The position numbers were made by a program, and so were the translations under genes. Under the pieces are notes generated by a model. The model did not search any database. It was given only the letters and a program-made list of their open reading frames with translations, and was not told the DNA's origin. A DNA stretch of 63,504 bases, counting the filler, from Reticulomyxa filosa (taxonomy: Eukaryota > Protista > Foraminifera), in assembly GCA_000512085.1 (NCBI GenBank). It is 21 parts of 21 records of this genome, joined end to end, with 100 filler letters (N's around TTAATTAATTAA, not from the genome) between each part and the next. Parts side by side here need not be neighbours in the genome. Positions count along the whole stretch, not along the records: positions 1 to 7,539 come from ASPP01003456.1; positions 7,640 to 10,085 come from ASPP01018394.1; positions 10,186 to 11,584 come from ASPP01047997.1; 18 more parts are not named here. The stretch is one strand, 5' to 3'. Positions 1-11,077 of the stretch are shown one piece after another. How positions within the stretch are numbered: position 1 is the first letter of the stretch; each line of letters begins with the position of its first letter.

Positions 1-2
1 TC

Positions 3-581
3 AATAATAAAGACAGTGACAGCGATGTTGTCGATATTGGTGGTGCTGGATATACCATCTGCTCTGGCGCAGATGACAATGTTGTTCGTTTGTGGGATGT
101 TGACACTTTGAAAGAACTGACTGTGTTCAAGGGACACAAGGATGCTGTTTTTGATGTTCGATACTCTCCATTTGCTGTCTGTTTTGGTGGGGGTTGTCTC
201 ATCTGTTCTGCAGGTGACAAAACTGTTCGTTTGTGGGACACTCGCATCTCACAACAAGTACAGCTGTTTCAAGAGCACTCTGATTCTGTACGCTGTGCTC
301 TCTTTGCACCTTTTCGGAGTGCAGAGAGCAATGCCACTGCAAGTGGAAATTCTACTGCCGCCACTGGAAGTGTTGGCGGTGATTATGTCATTTGCTCTGG
401 TTCTTATGACAAAACCATTCGCTTTTGGGATGTTCGTACCACTAAAACCCTTCATGTTCTTAAGGGAAATTCTCAGGTCACAAATCTTGAGTTTTCACCG
501 TTGCAAAAAAGTTCTGGTCCCAGTGGCTGCTTTTTCAATTTATGCAGTGCGAGCGATCAAAATCTTATTTTATGGGGATAG
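3..581 (+). CDS. WD40-repeat protein, 3' part (5' end outside window)
   Basis: Open frame from nt 3 (NNKDSDSDVVDIGGAGYTICSGADDNVVRLWD...) with repeated GH...V.FSP...ICSGS.DKT.R.WD motifs. Paralogue of the downstream WD40 gene. Confidence 0.9.
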   Translation, partial: NNKDSDSDVVDIGGAGYTICSGADDNVVRLWDVDTLKELTVFKGHKDAVFDVRYSPFAVCFGGGCLICSAGDKTVRLWDTRISQQVQLFQEHSDSVRCALFAPFRSAESNATASGNSTAATGSVGGDYVICSGSYDKTIRFWDVRTTKTLHVLKGNSQVTNLEFSPLQKSSGPSGCFFNLCSASDQNLILWG

Positions 582-1077
582 ATAAAATATCCAGGAATAT
601 CGTGCTTTAATACCAATTTTCATTTAGATTTTGGTGGGTAGGTAAAATTACTTTTTTAAATATCACTTACGTTTGTTTACTTAGCAGCTACCTAAGAGTA
701 ACTGTCGAGCACCTTCTGTTGACAATATGTTATTTAAAACAAACAATTTAAAGGTAAAAAAACTCATGATAGTTTTATTATATTTTTCTTTTGAACAATG
801 TAAATGCCTATTATCCGATATTTCTTTTCAACCAAAGTACTTCACAAACCTCAAATATATTATCCCCCAAGAATTTATATTTTGCCAAGAGGAGTTATTT
901 CAATATAAATTGAAAAAGAAAATAGAGTTGATTTAAATCCATATTTTTTTTGATAATTTTTTTATTTGATAAAATCGAAAGTTAGAAAAAAAAAACTAAT
1001 CGGAGTAAGCACTTTTTTTTTTGAGTGAGAGTTTGAAAAAAGTTAGTGACAGAATTCATAATTATAATTTTGACACC

Positions 1078-1116
1078 CTATTTGATTTCTAAAAATTTAT
1101 TTTAGAAATCAAATAG
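1078..1116. repeat. Perfect 17-bp inverted repeat (hairpin), 5-nt loop
   Basis: CTATTTGATTTCTAAAA-ATTTA-TTTTAGAAATCAAATAG. Confidence 0.9.
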
Positions 1117-1344
1117 CAGTTATGATGTATCAAAGATTTTTAGCATGAAAAATCTATTTTTACTACTGATGCCTTGAAAATTTTCATGAAAAAAAAATTA
1201 TTTTAGTCCGTACTGTATCAGTTTCGAAGCTCTTTTAAATTAATTTCCAAAAATCAAAAACACAAAAAAGGTTAAAACAAAAAGTTCAAAAAAAAAAAGA
1301 GAAAAAACTCCAAAAAATAAAATCTCTCTCTCCTTTTTATAATA

Positions 1345-3581
1345 ATGTTTTTGTTTTTTGAAGAAACGACCAAAGACGTGTTATCTTCGTCCATTTCGTC
1401 TGAAAGATGTTTTGATAAAGCATGGATACAGGCAACGAACTCACAAAACAGGGTCCAGGACTACGTCTGTTTGATTTGCCAGCAAATAGCTAAAAATGCA
1501 ATTCAGTTAGTTTGCTTCGAGCATGAACAACTTGATGATGGATTGATTGTTGGAGAGAATTGTTTAATTCAGTATCTGCAAGCAAATGGTAATCGATGTC
1601 CAGTTGGTCAGCACGTTAACTGTAACTATTATAAGAACAGAGTGGCCCAGCGTCATGTAAGCGAATTGACAGTAATTTGTCCATTGCAATATCAACTTAA
1701 CGTACGTGCATCAAGCCAATGCCAAGAATCAAGCGAAGAAGGACAAGTAACATCAACAGGACACAATTTATTAAAGAAATGTGAATTTAAAGGTAAGCTG
1801 AAAGATGTCAAAGAGCATTTAGAGAAGTTGTGTCCACTGAAATTAATGGATTGTTACTTCAAGCCGTTTGGATGTCATTTCACATCACTTCTTCACGAAT
1901 TGCAAGATCATTTGTCATCGCACAGTCAAATCCATATAAATTTGGTGAATAGGCACGTGGACGCATTAGAAAAAAAGAATCAACAGCTTCAAGTTTTACT
2001 TTGTGTTGTTCTTTAAAACAATTTGGAAAGGTATAATTTTTTTATATTTTTTTTTATTAAAAAAAAAAAAAAAAGGAAGTGATCCAAAAAAAGACAAAGA
2101 AATCGTAGAGTTGACTTTTTCAAAGGTCTGCTTTCACTTATTTTTTTTTTTTTTATGACAGCATATAACTGTATTTTTTTTCAGTAAAATATCTATTTTT
2201 CTTTTTTTTATCAATCAATCAATCAATCAAAAAAAAAAAGGAAGAAATGACTGTTGAGATAAGGAAATTGAGAGAGGAAATTGAAAGATATCAACTTTTA
2301 CTTAAATCAAAAGAGACTTTGCAAAAAAAAGAGCGACAATTATCCAAATCACAAGAGGATGCAGAATCTCCCAAAAAGTACTTTGGTGTGAAAGATGAAT
2401 ATAGATTGCAGCTCACGAAATTAATTGTAACCCCTCAAGAGCATAAAGAACAGGATAATGGCTCTCCGGCTGGTCGGGATGATCCCCTTTTCAATTACAG
2501 TTTATTACCGCCTTGTGCAACGTCCCCGATCTCCAAATCGTTTGATTTGATGCGCACTTTCAAAACAATTACTGGACATGAAGGGGTAGTATGGAGTGTT
2601 CAATTTTCTCCTTTTGATGGAGGCCGTTCTATTATCTCTGGTTCAGATGACAAAACCATTCGCCTGTGGGATACACAATCTGGTAAGCAGCTGCAAATAT
2701 TCCACGGTCATATGGGTAGCGTATATTGTGTGCAATTTTCACCATTCCATCGCTCTGCACAGAGCCATTCTTATTATGGAATTTGCTCTTCTTCCATGGA
2801 TAAATCAATTCGATTTTGGAATATACAAACTGGAAAACAATTTCAAATTTTTGATGGACATACTCGTGGTGTAAACTGCATTACATTTTCGCCCTTTGAT
2901 ACTGGTCGTATCTTATGTTCTGGATCACTTGACAAAACCATACGTTTATGGGACGTCCACACTTGTAAGACATTGCATACTTTTGATGAACATACCAACT
3001 ATGTGAATTGTGTGCAATTTTCGCCACTTCGAAATAATGAAACTGCAGGTAATCGCTCATATTGTGGTAGTGGATACACAATTTGCTCCGGATCATCTGA
3101 CAACACTATTGGTGTATGGGACATTCAAACCACCAAACAGATCACCTCTTTTACAGGACATGAGGCTCTAGTATCATCCGTTCAATATTCGCCATTTGAC
3201 TTTGGCAATATTATATGTTCCGGATCATGGGATAATACCATTCGATTGTGGGATATCCGAAATAAGAAACAAATACAGATTATCAAAGGCCATGAAAAAA
3301 AAATTCGCTGTGTCCAGTTCTTACCATTTCAATGCACAAATGCCTGTGACAATGCAACAAATGTTGAACTTACTGGCGGAAGTGTTATTTGCTCAGGATC
3401 TGCAGATAACACGATCCGATTTTGGGACCTCGAACTGGGAAGGAATTACATATATTGCGGGGGCCATGAAGGTGATATCAACAATATTAATTCTTTGCTA
3501 TTCAAAAGGGACGATGGTTGGTTTTATGGAATATGCTCTGCGTCATGGGATAAAACTATTCGGCTGTGGGGATCTAAATAA
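1345..3581 (+). CDS. RING-like/TRAF zinc finger - coiled coil - WD40 protein (TRAF7-like architecture); exons ~1345-1992, 2076-2125, 2241-3581
   Basis: Exon 1 has CLIC..C..H..C..CP (RING-like) and CEFKG..HL..CP...C..FGC...H (TRAF-type Zn finger). The last exon has ~7 WD40 repeats. GT-AG introns at 1993-2075 and 2126-2240. The 50-nt middle exon needs one extra A in an A7 run to stay in frame. Confidence 0.85.
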
Positions 3582-4025
3582 TCTTGATATTGCATTTGGA
3601 TGTATTCTCAATTTTTGCATTTTGTTAACCCTATATTGATTTTTTGATCAATTGGGGTGATTTTTAACTGCAAAAATAATTCAATCAAAATTTTTATAGT
3701 TTGTATCCTCAATTTGTCAATGAAACTTTGTTCAGGAATATGTCTCCGCATTTGGTTATTCTTGTATACAGCATAGCAATTAACTCGATTTTAAACAATT
3801 TGTTATCTTGTGAAAAAGATTCGTTAATAATACCATTATAAAATATTATATATCCTCGTTTGTGAATGACAAAACATCAGTGAGGGTGAATATATACATA
3901 TATATCTCGTTGTGTAGTCTTTATATTAGATACAATTTTAAGAAAAATATATTATTCAATTTAAATAAGAAAATAAAAATTATTCGACATCATCCTTCCC
4001 TGTTTCCAACAAAAAAAACCCTCTT

Positions 4026-6428
4026 TCACTTTTTTCTAAATATCTTGAGTTTTCTCGATTTAAATTCGATTTCTCCCCTAGCATGTAGATTATCCAAAGC
4101 TCTGGCAATAGCCCTTTGAGGTAGAAGATGTTTAATCATTTCATCCATTAATTTTTTAACGGAAATGGTACAGCCGATGGCAACTCTGCGACGAATGCTT
4201 CTTTCGGCTTTTTGAACACCTTGTTGGAAGTCTCCACTTTGCGAAGAAGTGTCATCAAAAATGCCCGACTTTGCTGCTCTCAAAGTGGAAACTTTGAACA
4301 AGCGAACAGCCTCTTTGACATGTTCCTCATTGACTTCATGAACAAGTTCCATTCTGGCCAGTGACTCTGCGATCCTTACCAAAGACTCTAATTGTCGAAC
4401 TGTCAATGGAATGGCCGAGGGTTCCCCAGTCTCAATTTCGCGTTGTTTGGCCTCCTGTCGAAACTGCACATAGTGTGTGCGCAGCATTTCCACCGCCGCA
4501 TTGTTTAATCGCGGATGTATACGTTTTGCGTAGCTAATATATTTGACCAACATGGACGGGGAGATGGGGGGCGACATGACCGTTGTGGTAGCGTTTGTGA
4601 TGGAACGATCACCGACATCGGTAGTGGAAATATGCAAGTCCATAATGTGTTGTGCCAATCGCATATCCCGTTCCTTGTCTTTAACATCTCGAATGATGAA
4701 GATGAGATCAAAGCGACTCAAAATGGTAGTTTCAAACTCGATATTTTCGGCAGTGGTTTTCAAGTCGTCATACCTGCCAAGAACAGGATTGGCAGCAGCC
4801 AACACGGCAGTCCTCGAGTTTAAAATCGTGGTAATGCCAGCTTTGGCAATGGAAATGGTCTGTTGTTCCATGGCCTCATGGATAGCGACGCGATCTTGTT
4901 CTCTCATCTTATCAAACTCGTCAATGCACACGACGCCTCCATCGGCCAAGACCATGGCCCCTCCTTCCAAGTGGAACTCCCCTCCTTCCTTTATCACCGA
5001 TGCTGTAAGCCCACTAGCCGACGACCCTTTCCCACTGGTGTAAACTCCAATGGGCGCCACATCCTTCACAAACTTGAGCAGCTGTGATTTGGCGACCGAG
5101 GGATCTCCTAGCAGTAGCACATTGATATCACCTCGCAGCTTCATCCCGTCGGGTAGTATTTTGCGCGACCCTCCAAACAGCAGACACGCCAACGCCTTCT
5201 TCACATCCAAGTTGCCCCAAATGGCGGGCGCGATCGACTGCGCAATGCAATCGGACACATGTCCATACGACGACGACGACGAGGAGGAGGATTGAACTAT
5301 TAATTCGCGAATGGCCTCTTCTTCATCCGTCGAAAACAGTGTGGCATGACCAGCATTGCCATTATTGCCAAAGGTGGCATTTCCACGATCACCACTACTA
5401 CTACTACTACTACCACTACCATCACTATCTCCTCTTCCTCCTCCTCCTCCTCCTCCTCCAATGACAGCACGTTCTTCAATTCCAATGACTTCAACATACG
5501 GCCTACAAACAGTGGCATCTTTTCCATTCGCACTGCCGCCGTTGCTATTGCCTTTAGTATACGTATCCATGACTTTATACACGCCGATGATATTGACACG
5601 CGCTCCTGGTTTGACCTTGTTCACAAGCTGGCGATCGCAAAACAAGACAATATGTCGTGGCATTTCCCCTGTGGGTATGTCTTCCGGATTCTCCTGCAGC
5701 TTCAGCGTCTGCACGTCCAAGTAGTCGCACTTGTCGGGCAACACCACAAAAGGGTCCAATGGACACGGGCGTTCGTTTTTTTCGTCATTCGCATTTGCGC
5801 ATTTGCGTGGCAGCGACACTTGTCCAAATCCTCCACCTCCTCCTCCTCCATTGGAATGGAATGTCATACTCGTCCTACAGTTGCTACACATCACCGTCAG
5901 CTTTGTCGCTTTGCATGTCGGCTTCGTGGCTGCAATCACAATGCCTGGAATTTTCAATAGTTGCGAAATGTCGCCGCTGTCCAATTCGCGAATGCTTGTT
6001 GCCAATCGATCCAGGTTTACTAGTTGCACTTGCATTCTTGTTATGTCTTCGCGACGCTTGCTTGTGCCGCTGCTACCGTCGCCTTGATCGTTGCTACCGC
6101 TACGCGACATCGCAATCACGTCTTGTGCTGCTCGCTCGAACAGTGGCAACACTTGCAATGGCCTTTGGCGCAACAACTGACCCATCTTTGGACTAAATGT
6201 AGTCACGTCCTTCAGGTCCACTTCCACAAAGTAATGCTTTTGGTCGTAGTTCGCGTTCAACTGGTCGCGGTAGACAAAGTTGTCGTCTCCTATACGGAAC
6301 TCACGCAGAAACTGACGCAACATCCCCTCGACCTGCTGCGGGTCTATTTGTTCCGTGTCCGTCATATTCGCCACATGGCGTTGCTGGTTTTGATGCGAAA
6401 AGGTCACCACATCTTCATCCCAATTCAT
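4026..6428 (-). CDS. MCM5: DNA replication licensing factor MCM5 (intronless, 800 aa)
   Basis: N-terminal WDE motif, Zn finger CSNC..C..CPLDPF, Walker A GDPSVAKSQLL, IDEFDKM, DRVAIHEAMEQQTISIAKAGITT, SRFD arginine finger. Confidence 0.96.
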   Translation of the reverse strand: MNWDEDVVTFSHQNQQRHVANMTDTEQIDPQQVEGMLRQFLREFRIGDDNFVYRDQLNANYDQKHYFVEVDLKDVTTFSPKMGQLLRQRPLQVLPLFERAAQDVIAMSRSGSNDQGDGSSGTSKRREDITRMQVQLVNLDRLATSIRELDSGDISQLLKIPGIVIAATKPTCKATKLTVMCSNCRTSMTFHSNGGGGGGGFGQVSLPRKCANANDEKNERPCPLDPFVVLPDKCDYLDVQTLKLQENPEDIPTGEMPRHIVLFCDRQLVNKVKPGARVNIIGVYKVMDTYTKGNSNGGSANGKDATVCRPYVEVIGIEERAVIGGGGGGGGRGDSDGSGSSSSSSGDRGNATFGNNGNAGHATLFSTDEEEAIRELIVQSSSSSSSSYGHVSDCIAQSIAPAIWGNLDVKKALACLLFGGSRKILPDGMKLRGDINVLLLGDPSVAKSQLLKFVKDVAPIGVYTSGKGSSASGLTASVIKEGGEFHLEGGAMVLADGGVVCIDEFDKMREQDRVAIHEAMEQQTISIAKAGITTILNSRTAVLAAANPVLGRYDDLKTTAENIEFETTILSRFDLIFIIRDVKDKERDMRLAQHIMDLHISTTDVGDRSITNATTTVMSPPISPSMLVKYISYAKRIHPRLNNAAVEMLRTHYVQFRQEAKQREIETGEPSAIPLTVRQLESLVRIAESLARMELVHEVNEEHVKEAVRLFKVSTLRAAKSGIFDDTSSQSGDFQQGVQKAERSIRRRVAIGCTISVKKLMDEMIKHLLPQRAIARALDNLHARGEIEFKSRKLKIFRKK

Positions 6429-6673
6429 TTTTCAGCTTGGACGTACTTGAAATAAGCGAGCGATATTATGTCGACTTCAATTATTCGTTTTTCCCCTTCT
6501 GAATTTTTTTTGTTGGAAAAACTCTCCGAATATCGCTTCTCTTGCCAAAGTGTTTCTCACAAACTGCACAGGAAAAAAAAATTGTGTTGGACACATCTCA
6601 AGTCGACTACCAAAAAAAAAAAAAAGAAAGGAGGAACGTGACAAGTAAAAAACAAAAAAACTATCATAAAGAA
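6429..6673. promoter_or_regulatory. Putative compact bidirectional promoter between divergent MCM5 and ABCG genes
   Basis: Only 245 bp separate the two head-to-head start codons on the same contig. Confidence 0.45.
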
Positions 6674-7539
6674 ATGGCGGAAGATGATGAAAACAAGGAA
6701 AGTGGAGGGTTGGGACTGGATTCATCGTTTAAGATAGATTTTTATATCCATACGTATTCAAAGAAGCGTGGACGTCAAGATGAGAAAAGGGAGGTGTTTT
6801 TAGAGAACATAGAAGGGCACGTGGAGCCGGGGACGGTGTGTGCAGTGATCGGTCCACGAGATAGTGGGAAGGACCGTCTGTTGCAGTTATTGAGTGGACG
6901 AACAAACAAGCACGTGTGTTTGGGCGAAGTGCACGTAAACGGGACGAGATTGGCAGCGCCACAAATGCGAGCGATGACAGCGTACCTACGTAACGCAGGT
7001 TCATCGTTGATAGGACAAACGACAGTCGAAGAGTCGGTGGACTTTACGGCGAGGTTGGTGTTGCCATCGAACGTGGACGACGCATCACGAAAGACGAAAG
7101 TGGAGAGAGTATTGGAGGAGGTGCAGCTGACGAATGTGAAGCATTGTCGAATCGACGGAGGTGTAAAAAATGAGCCAATCAGCGCGGAAGATCGCGTGCG
7201 CGTGGGTTTAGCACAAGTGTTAGTAGAGAACAAGAAAATGATATTTTTGGACGAATTGACGGAAGGTTTGGATCTGCTGTCGGCGGAGCGAGTGGTACGA
7301 GACATCATTTCATTAGCCGAAGTCAAGTTATTGACCGTCTTTGTCACATTGGAACACCCCACAAAGTTGCTTTTGGAAAAGTTTCAAAAGTGTCTGTTCC
7401 TAAGTAAAGGACATCAGTTGTACTTTGGAAGAGTGCGAAATTCCGTCGACTTTTTCACCCGTTTGGGATATCCTATTCCCGAAGAGACATCAATTTATGA
7501 TCATATTTTGGGATTAACAGTTCCAGACGCAGTATTAAA
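6674..7539 (+). CDS. ABCG/White-family ABC transporter, N-terminal NBD (partial, degenerate motifs)
   Basis: FLENIEGHVEPG..AVIGPRDSGKD, TVEESVDFTARLVLP, IFLDELTEGLD, LFLSKGHQLYFG..FFTRLGYPIP. Truncated by linker. Confidence 0.88.
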
Positions 7540-7639
7540 NNNNNNNNNNNNNNNNNNNNNNNNNNNNNNNNNNNNNNNNNNNNTTAATTAATTAANNNNN
7601 NNNNNNNNNNNNNNNNNNNNNNNNNNNNNNNNNNNNNNN
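7540..7639. other. Artificial contig linker N44-TTAATTAATTAA-N44, first of 20. Others start at 10086, 11585, 12837, 14252, 17823, 19104, 23225, 26359, 28091, 34794, 35894, 39641, 43623, 45045, 49014, 51296, 56551, 60718, 62056
   Basis: Identical 100-bp spacer with stop codons in all six frames. Genes are truncated at these points. Confidence 0.98.
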
Positions 7640-7676
<37 letters not shown>

Positions 7677-8371
7677 TACTATTATTATTGTTGTTATTAT
7701 TAGGCACTCTTTCTTCTTCACTCCATTCTTCTTCGTCGAGGTCCTCCATTTTGTGTGGCCTCTTTTGCGGCGACGAGATTGTTGCTCCGCGAAGCGAGTG
7801 TGCAATTGCATCGACAGCCTTCTCACTCTCCTTTTTCTTCTTTTTCTTCTTGTTCTTCGTCGTCGTCGTCGTCGTCGTCATCGTTGTTGTTGTTGTTGTC
7901 GTGACCACCTCGTCCACGTCAAGAATGGCGTCCTCTTGCTGTAACACATGGAGCAAGTTGGAGGGATCGGACGTGGCACGCGTTGTAGGGCGCGAGGAAA
8001 AAGAAGAAGAGTCTACTAATGGTACTCTCTGACGTGTGAATTCCTCAAACGGATTATAAAGCAGCCAGCCTTCATCAAATACATCAACGACACACGAGTC
8101 ATCCTTGTCCGAACATCGGTGCTGCTGAAACGCAAAAGCTCGTGTGACGTCCTTGCACTGCAGCACATGGCTTTGGAAATAGTCGTGCCATTCGTTGACC
8201 CGATGCATTGTGCTATCCAACATAAACTCGATTCTCCGGCCGTCTTTGCAGCTCATTTGCAACAGATAGCTGTACTTGGCTGTCCAATAATCGTCCTCGC
8301 ATTTGTCGTCTTTGTTGTCATTCACATTTTTCTTTACATTCATATCATTGTCATTATTATTATTATTATTA

Positions 8372-8403
<32 letters not shown>

Positions 8404-10070
8404 GCTGTTGTTGATATCAGCAGCTTTTTTTCCATTGTACTCGCATACAGGAGGCGCTGTTGTGTCCGTGTGTTTGTTTGCCACTAGCTTCGTAGCACCA
8501 CTTCATTCCCAAAACTTTTTTTTTAAAAAAAAAAAAAAGATGTATTTTTAACAAAGTTGCCCGTATTGTGCTTTCAAATGCTTCTGCAATTGGGAAATGG
8601 GTAATTGCGTGGGATCGGCTTGCTCAATCGCTCCAACTGCTATTGCCCCTTTCACAATTGAGTTCAATGGAATTTCAAAGTACGATTTTATATTGTGTTT
8701 TCTTTTTTTTTTTAAAAAAAAAAAAAAGAGTTAGTTAAATTGTATTTTCGTTTGCTTGTAAAATAAACTCCTATCTCTCCCTTCCTCCCCAACTAGAAAT
8801 TGTTTGTGATAAGGATGAAAAATCAAGCGAAAGTTGGTGAGAATGAGACGCCCTTGCACCGGCGGCAAACCGGGGACTCGCAAAGCAATCGAGTCGGATT
8901 TTTCCCAAAGCAAGCGCGCCTTTGCGAATTCGACTTCGCCACTTAACAGTGGATAGTCTAATGAAGGCCACTTTGGTTCGCAGTATACTTTTGAGATGGC
9001 CATGGCTGTGGACTGGCCTGATGACATTTTGCGAAGAGAGGGATCCCATTCATCAAACACTTCAAATTCGCCTTTTTTAAAAAAAAATAATAATAATGTT
9101 GTATTTTTATATAAAAAAAAATAAAAAATAAAAAAATAAACTTTCAAAAAGAATGCTTTTGACAGGATCCACATTGGTGGTGGAGGATGAAATGGAAGAC
9201 ATTGACGTCACAACTTTTTCAGAGAATGTGAAATTGGCATTGTGATTGCCCTCATTGGAATGACGAGTGCTTGCACCGTCGATCAAGTGCTTCTTTTCGT
9301 CTATGCCATTGCCATAATCATGCTCATTGAGGATAACATCATTGGTCAAAGTGCGGTCAATGATGGACTCGCCTTCGACATCATTGCATGCGAATGTGGA
9401 TGATGACGTGTTCGCTCGCATGTTGTGTGCATGTCCAAAGCACCAATGATACAGATGGTCGTATTCTTTGACTCCGTATAAAAAGCCTTGCAACGGGTTG
9501 TTATTGTGCTCTAGCATTTCTGCGTAATCGATGACAGGCATTTGCATCCTCCTTTTCATATCTTGCTCTTCCATTTCATCAGCTGCTACGTATTCATCTC
9601 TTTCAAACAGATGAGCCAAGTCGCCATTATCCCGTTTTTCCTTTTCTTTCTTCTCTTTGTTATTATCATTATCATTATCATTCTCATTACCATTATTCCG
9701 ACTGCTATTGTTAGGTTGAATCTCTTCTTCTTCTTCTTCTTCTTCCTCGTGCTCCTCTCTACATTTGCTATCGAAATGGTGAATCAAACACGCAAAACGC
9801 TGTTGGTCATACCCAAGGGTCTTTTGAAAGGTGTCGAGAGACAACAGCCATTGGTAGCCTTCGCGGACGCAGTCGAGCCAATCGCACTTCATTTTGTTCG
9901 TGTCGTCACCATTTCTTTGTTTCAATATCCCACGGTGCAATGACAGCTCTGTTGTCTGCTTCAACGTGAGCAGCACGAGCTCCATTGTATCCATGTCCAC
10001 TCCACTCGACTTGCCATCCACATGCTTCTTAAGAGCAGCTATTTTCATTCGATTTGTAGCGGCGTAACAT
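7640..10070 (-). CDS. Myotubularin-related protein, internal fragment with PH-GRAM domain (several introns)
   Basis: LLSGE...VQGRLILTNFRLIF, FEIPLNSI, MSCKDGRRIEF, AFAF...GWLLYNPFEEFTRQ match the MTM/MTMR PH-GRAM region and the start of the phosphatase region. Poly-N/E/K insertions. Confidence 0.78.
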
Positions 10071-10189
10071 ACTTTTGTTTTTTTTNNNNNNNNNNNNNNN
10101 NNNNNNNNNNNNNNNNNNNNNNNNNNNNNTTAATTAATTAANNNNNNNNNNNNNNNNNNNNNNNNNNNNNNNNNNNNNNNNNNNNCAAA

Positions 10190-11077
10190 ACTAAAAATAG
10201 ATGGACGAATTAATGCTACAAAAAAAAAATTTGATGAAATCTATAATTCGAATGATTGAATTAGGACATTTTAATTCTGAACATCTTTTAATAGCTGCAG
10301 CATAGAAACGAGGTTGTCTAATAAGAACGCAAGGAATGAGGTTCCAGTTTAGTCAGTTTTTAGCTTTCCTTGTATAACACCAGCTCTTCTGAGAGTTGTA
10401 ATCATGTCAATTTTTGCTACTTGAACTTTGCGAACCCTTTAATTAAAAAAAGTGAATGATCGACTTCAAATTTAATGATTCAATTGAAATTTGTTGAATA
10501 TGCTATTTGTAAATACTATTTTTGGTGTGCCTTTGTAACAAATAAGTAGGCAACTTAATAATTTTTTGTAACAATTTGCATTATTTTAAGCAATTAACAT
10601 CTTTGCCCAAAAACATAATGTATAACAAGAGATTTTTAATTTTAATGGCTGATATAATGGTAATTGATTGCTTTGTAATAGAATATCTGCTTGAAGATAA
10701 TAAGTTTAAGAAAAAGAAAAAAGGGACAAACAGACTCAACGTCAAAATTTATTTTGAGATTTGATTTTCTTCTTTTTGATTGGGACGTTTCATGAATTGT
10801 CTAGGACAAATTACTTTTAAGCCACAAATAACTTTCCTTGCAGTTCTTCCTTTCACGTAATCGCAAATATCATGTTTCCCAACAGAACATTGCTTGTTTA
10901 CCAACTAGCAGTGCATCTTCTTGAAGTTAATTCCATTGTATTGTTTTGCATAATAGACATTGCAGGCGTATTAATTTGCTTTGTTTATTCGAAGTTTCTA
11001 CACGATCTTTGTTGTAAAAGCCTTCAAGAAACAAGGTTGTTAAGATTTTTCTTTTTTTCTATTTGAAACGCTAACAT
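10190..11077 (-). pseudogene. Decayed paralogue of the RING/TRAF-Zn-finger(-WD40) family
   Basis: Broken reverse-strand frames read YNKDRVETSN..LQCLLCK / NNTMELT / EDALLVGKQ / CSVGKHDICDYVKGRTARKVICGLKVICPRQF. These align by eye with exon 1 of 1345-3581. Stops, frameshifts and deletions present. Confidence 0.75.

Noticed and set aside
4505-6455. Many overlapping alternative and antisense ORFs over MCM5 (also over 21430-23201 and 51477-53280)
   Set aside because: Shadow ORFs caused by higher GC and trinucleotide repeats. No motifs.
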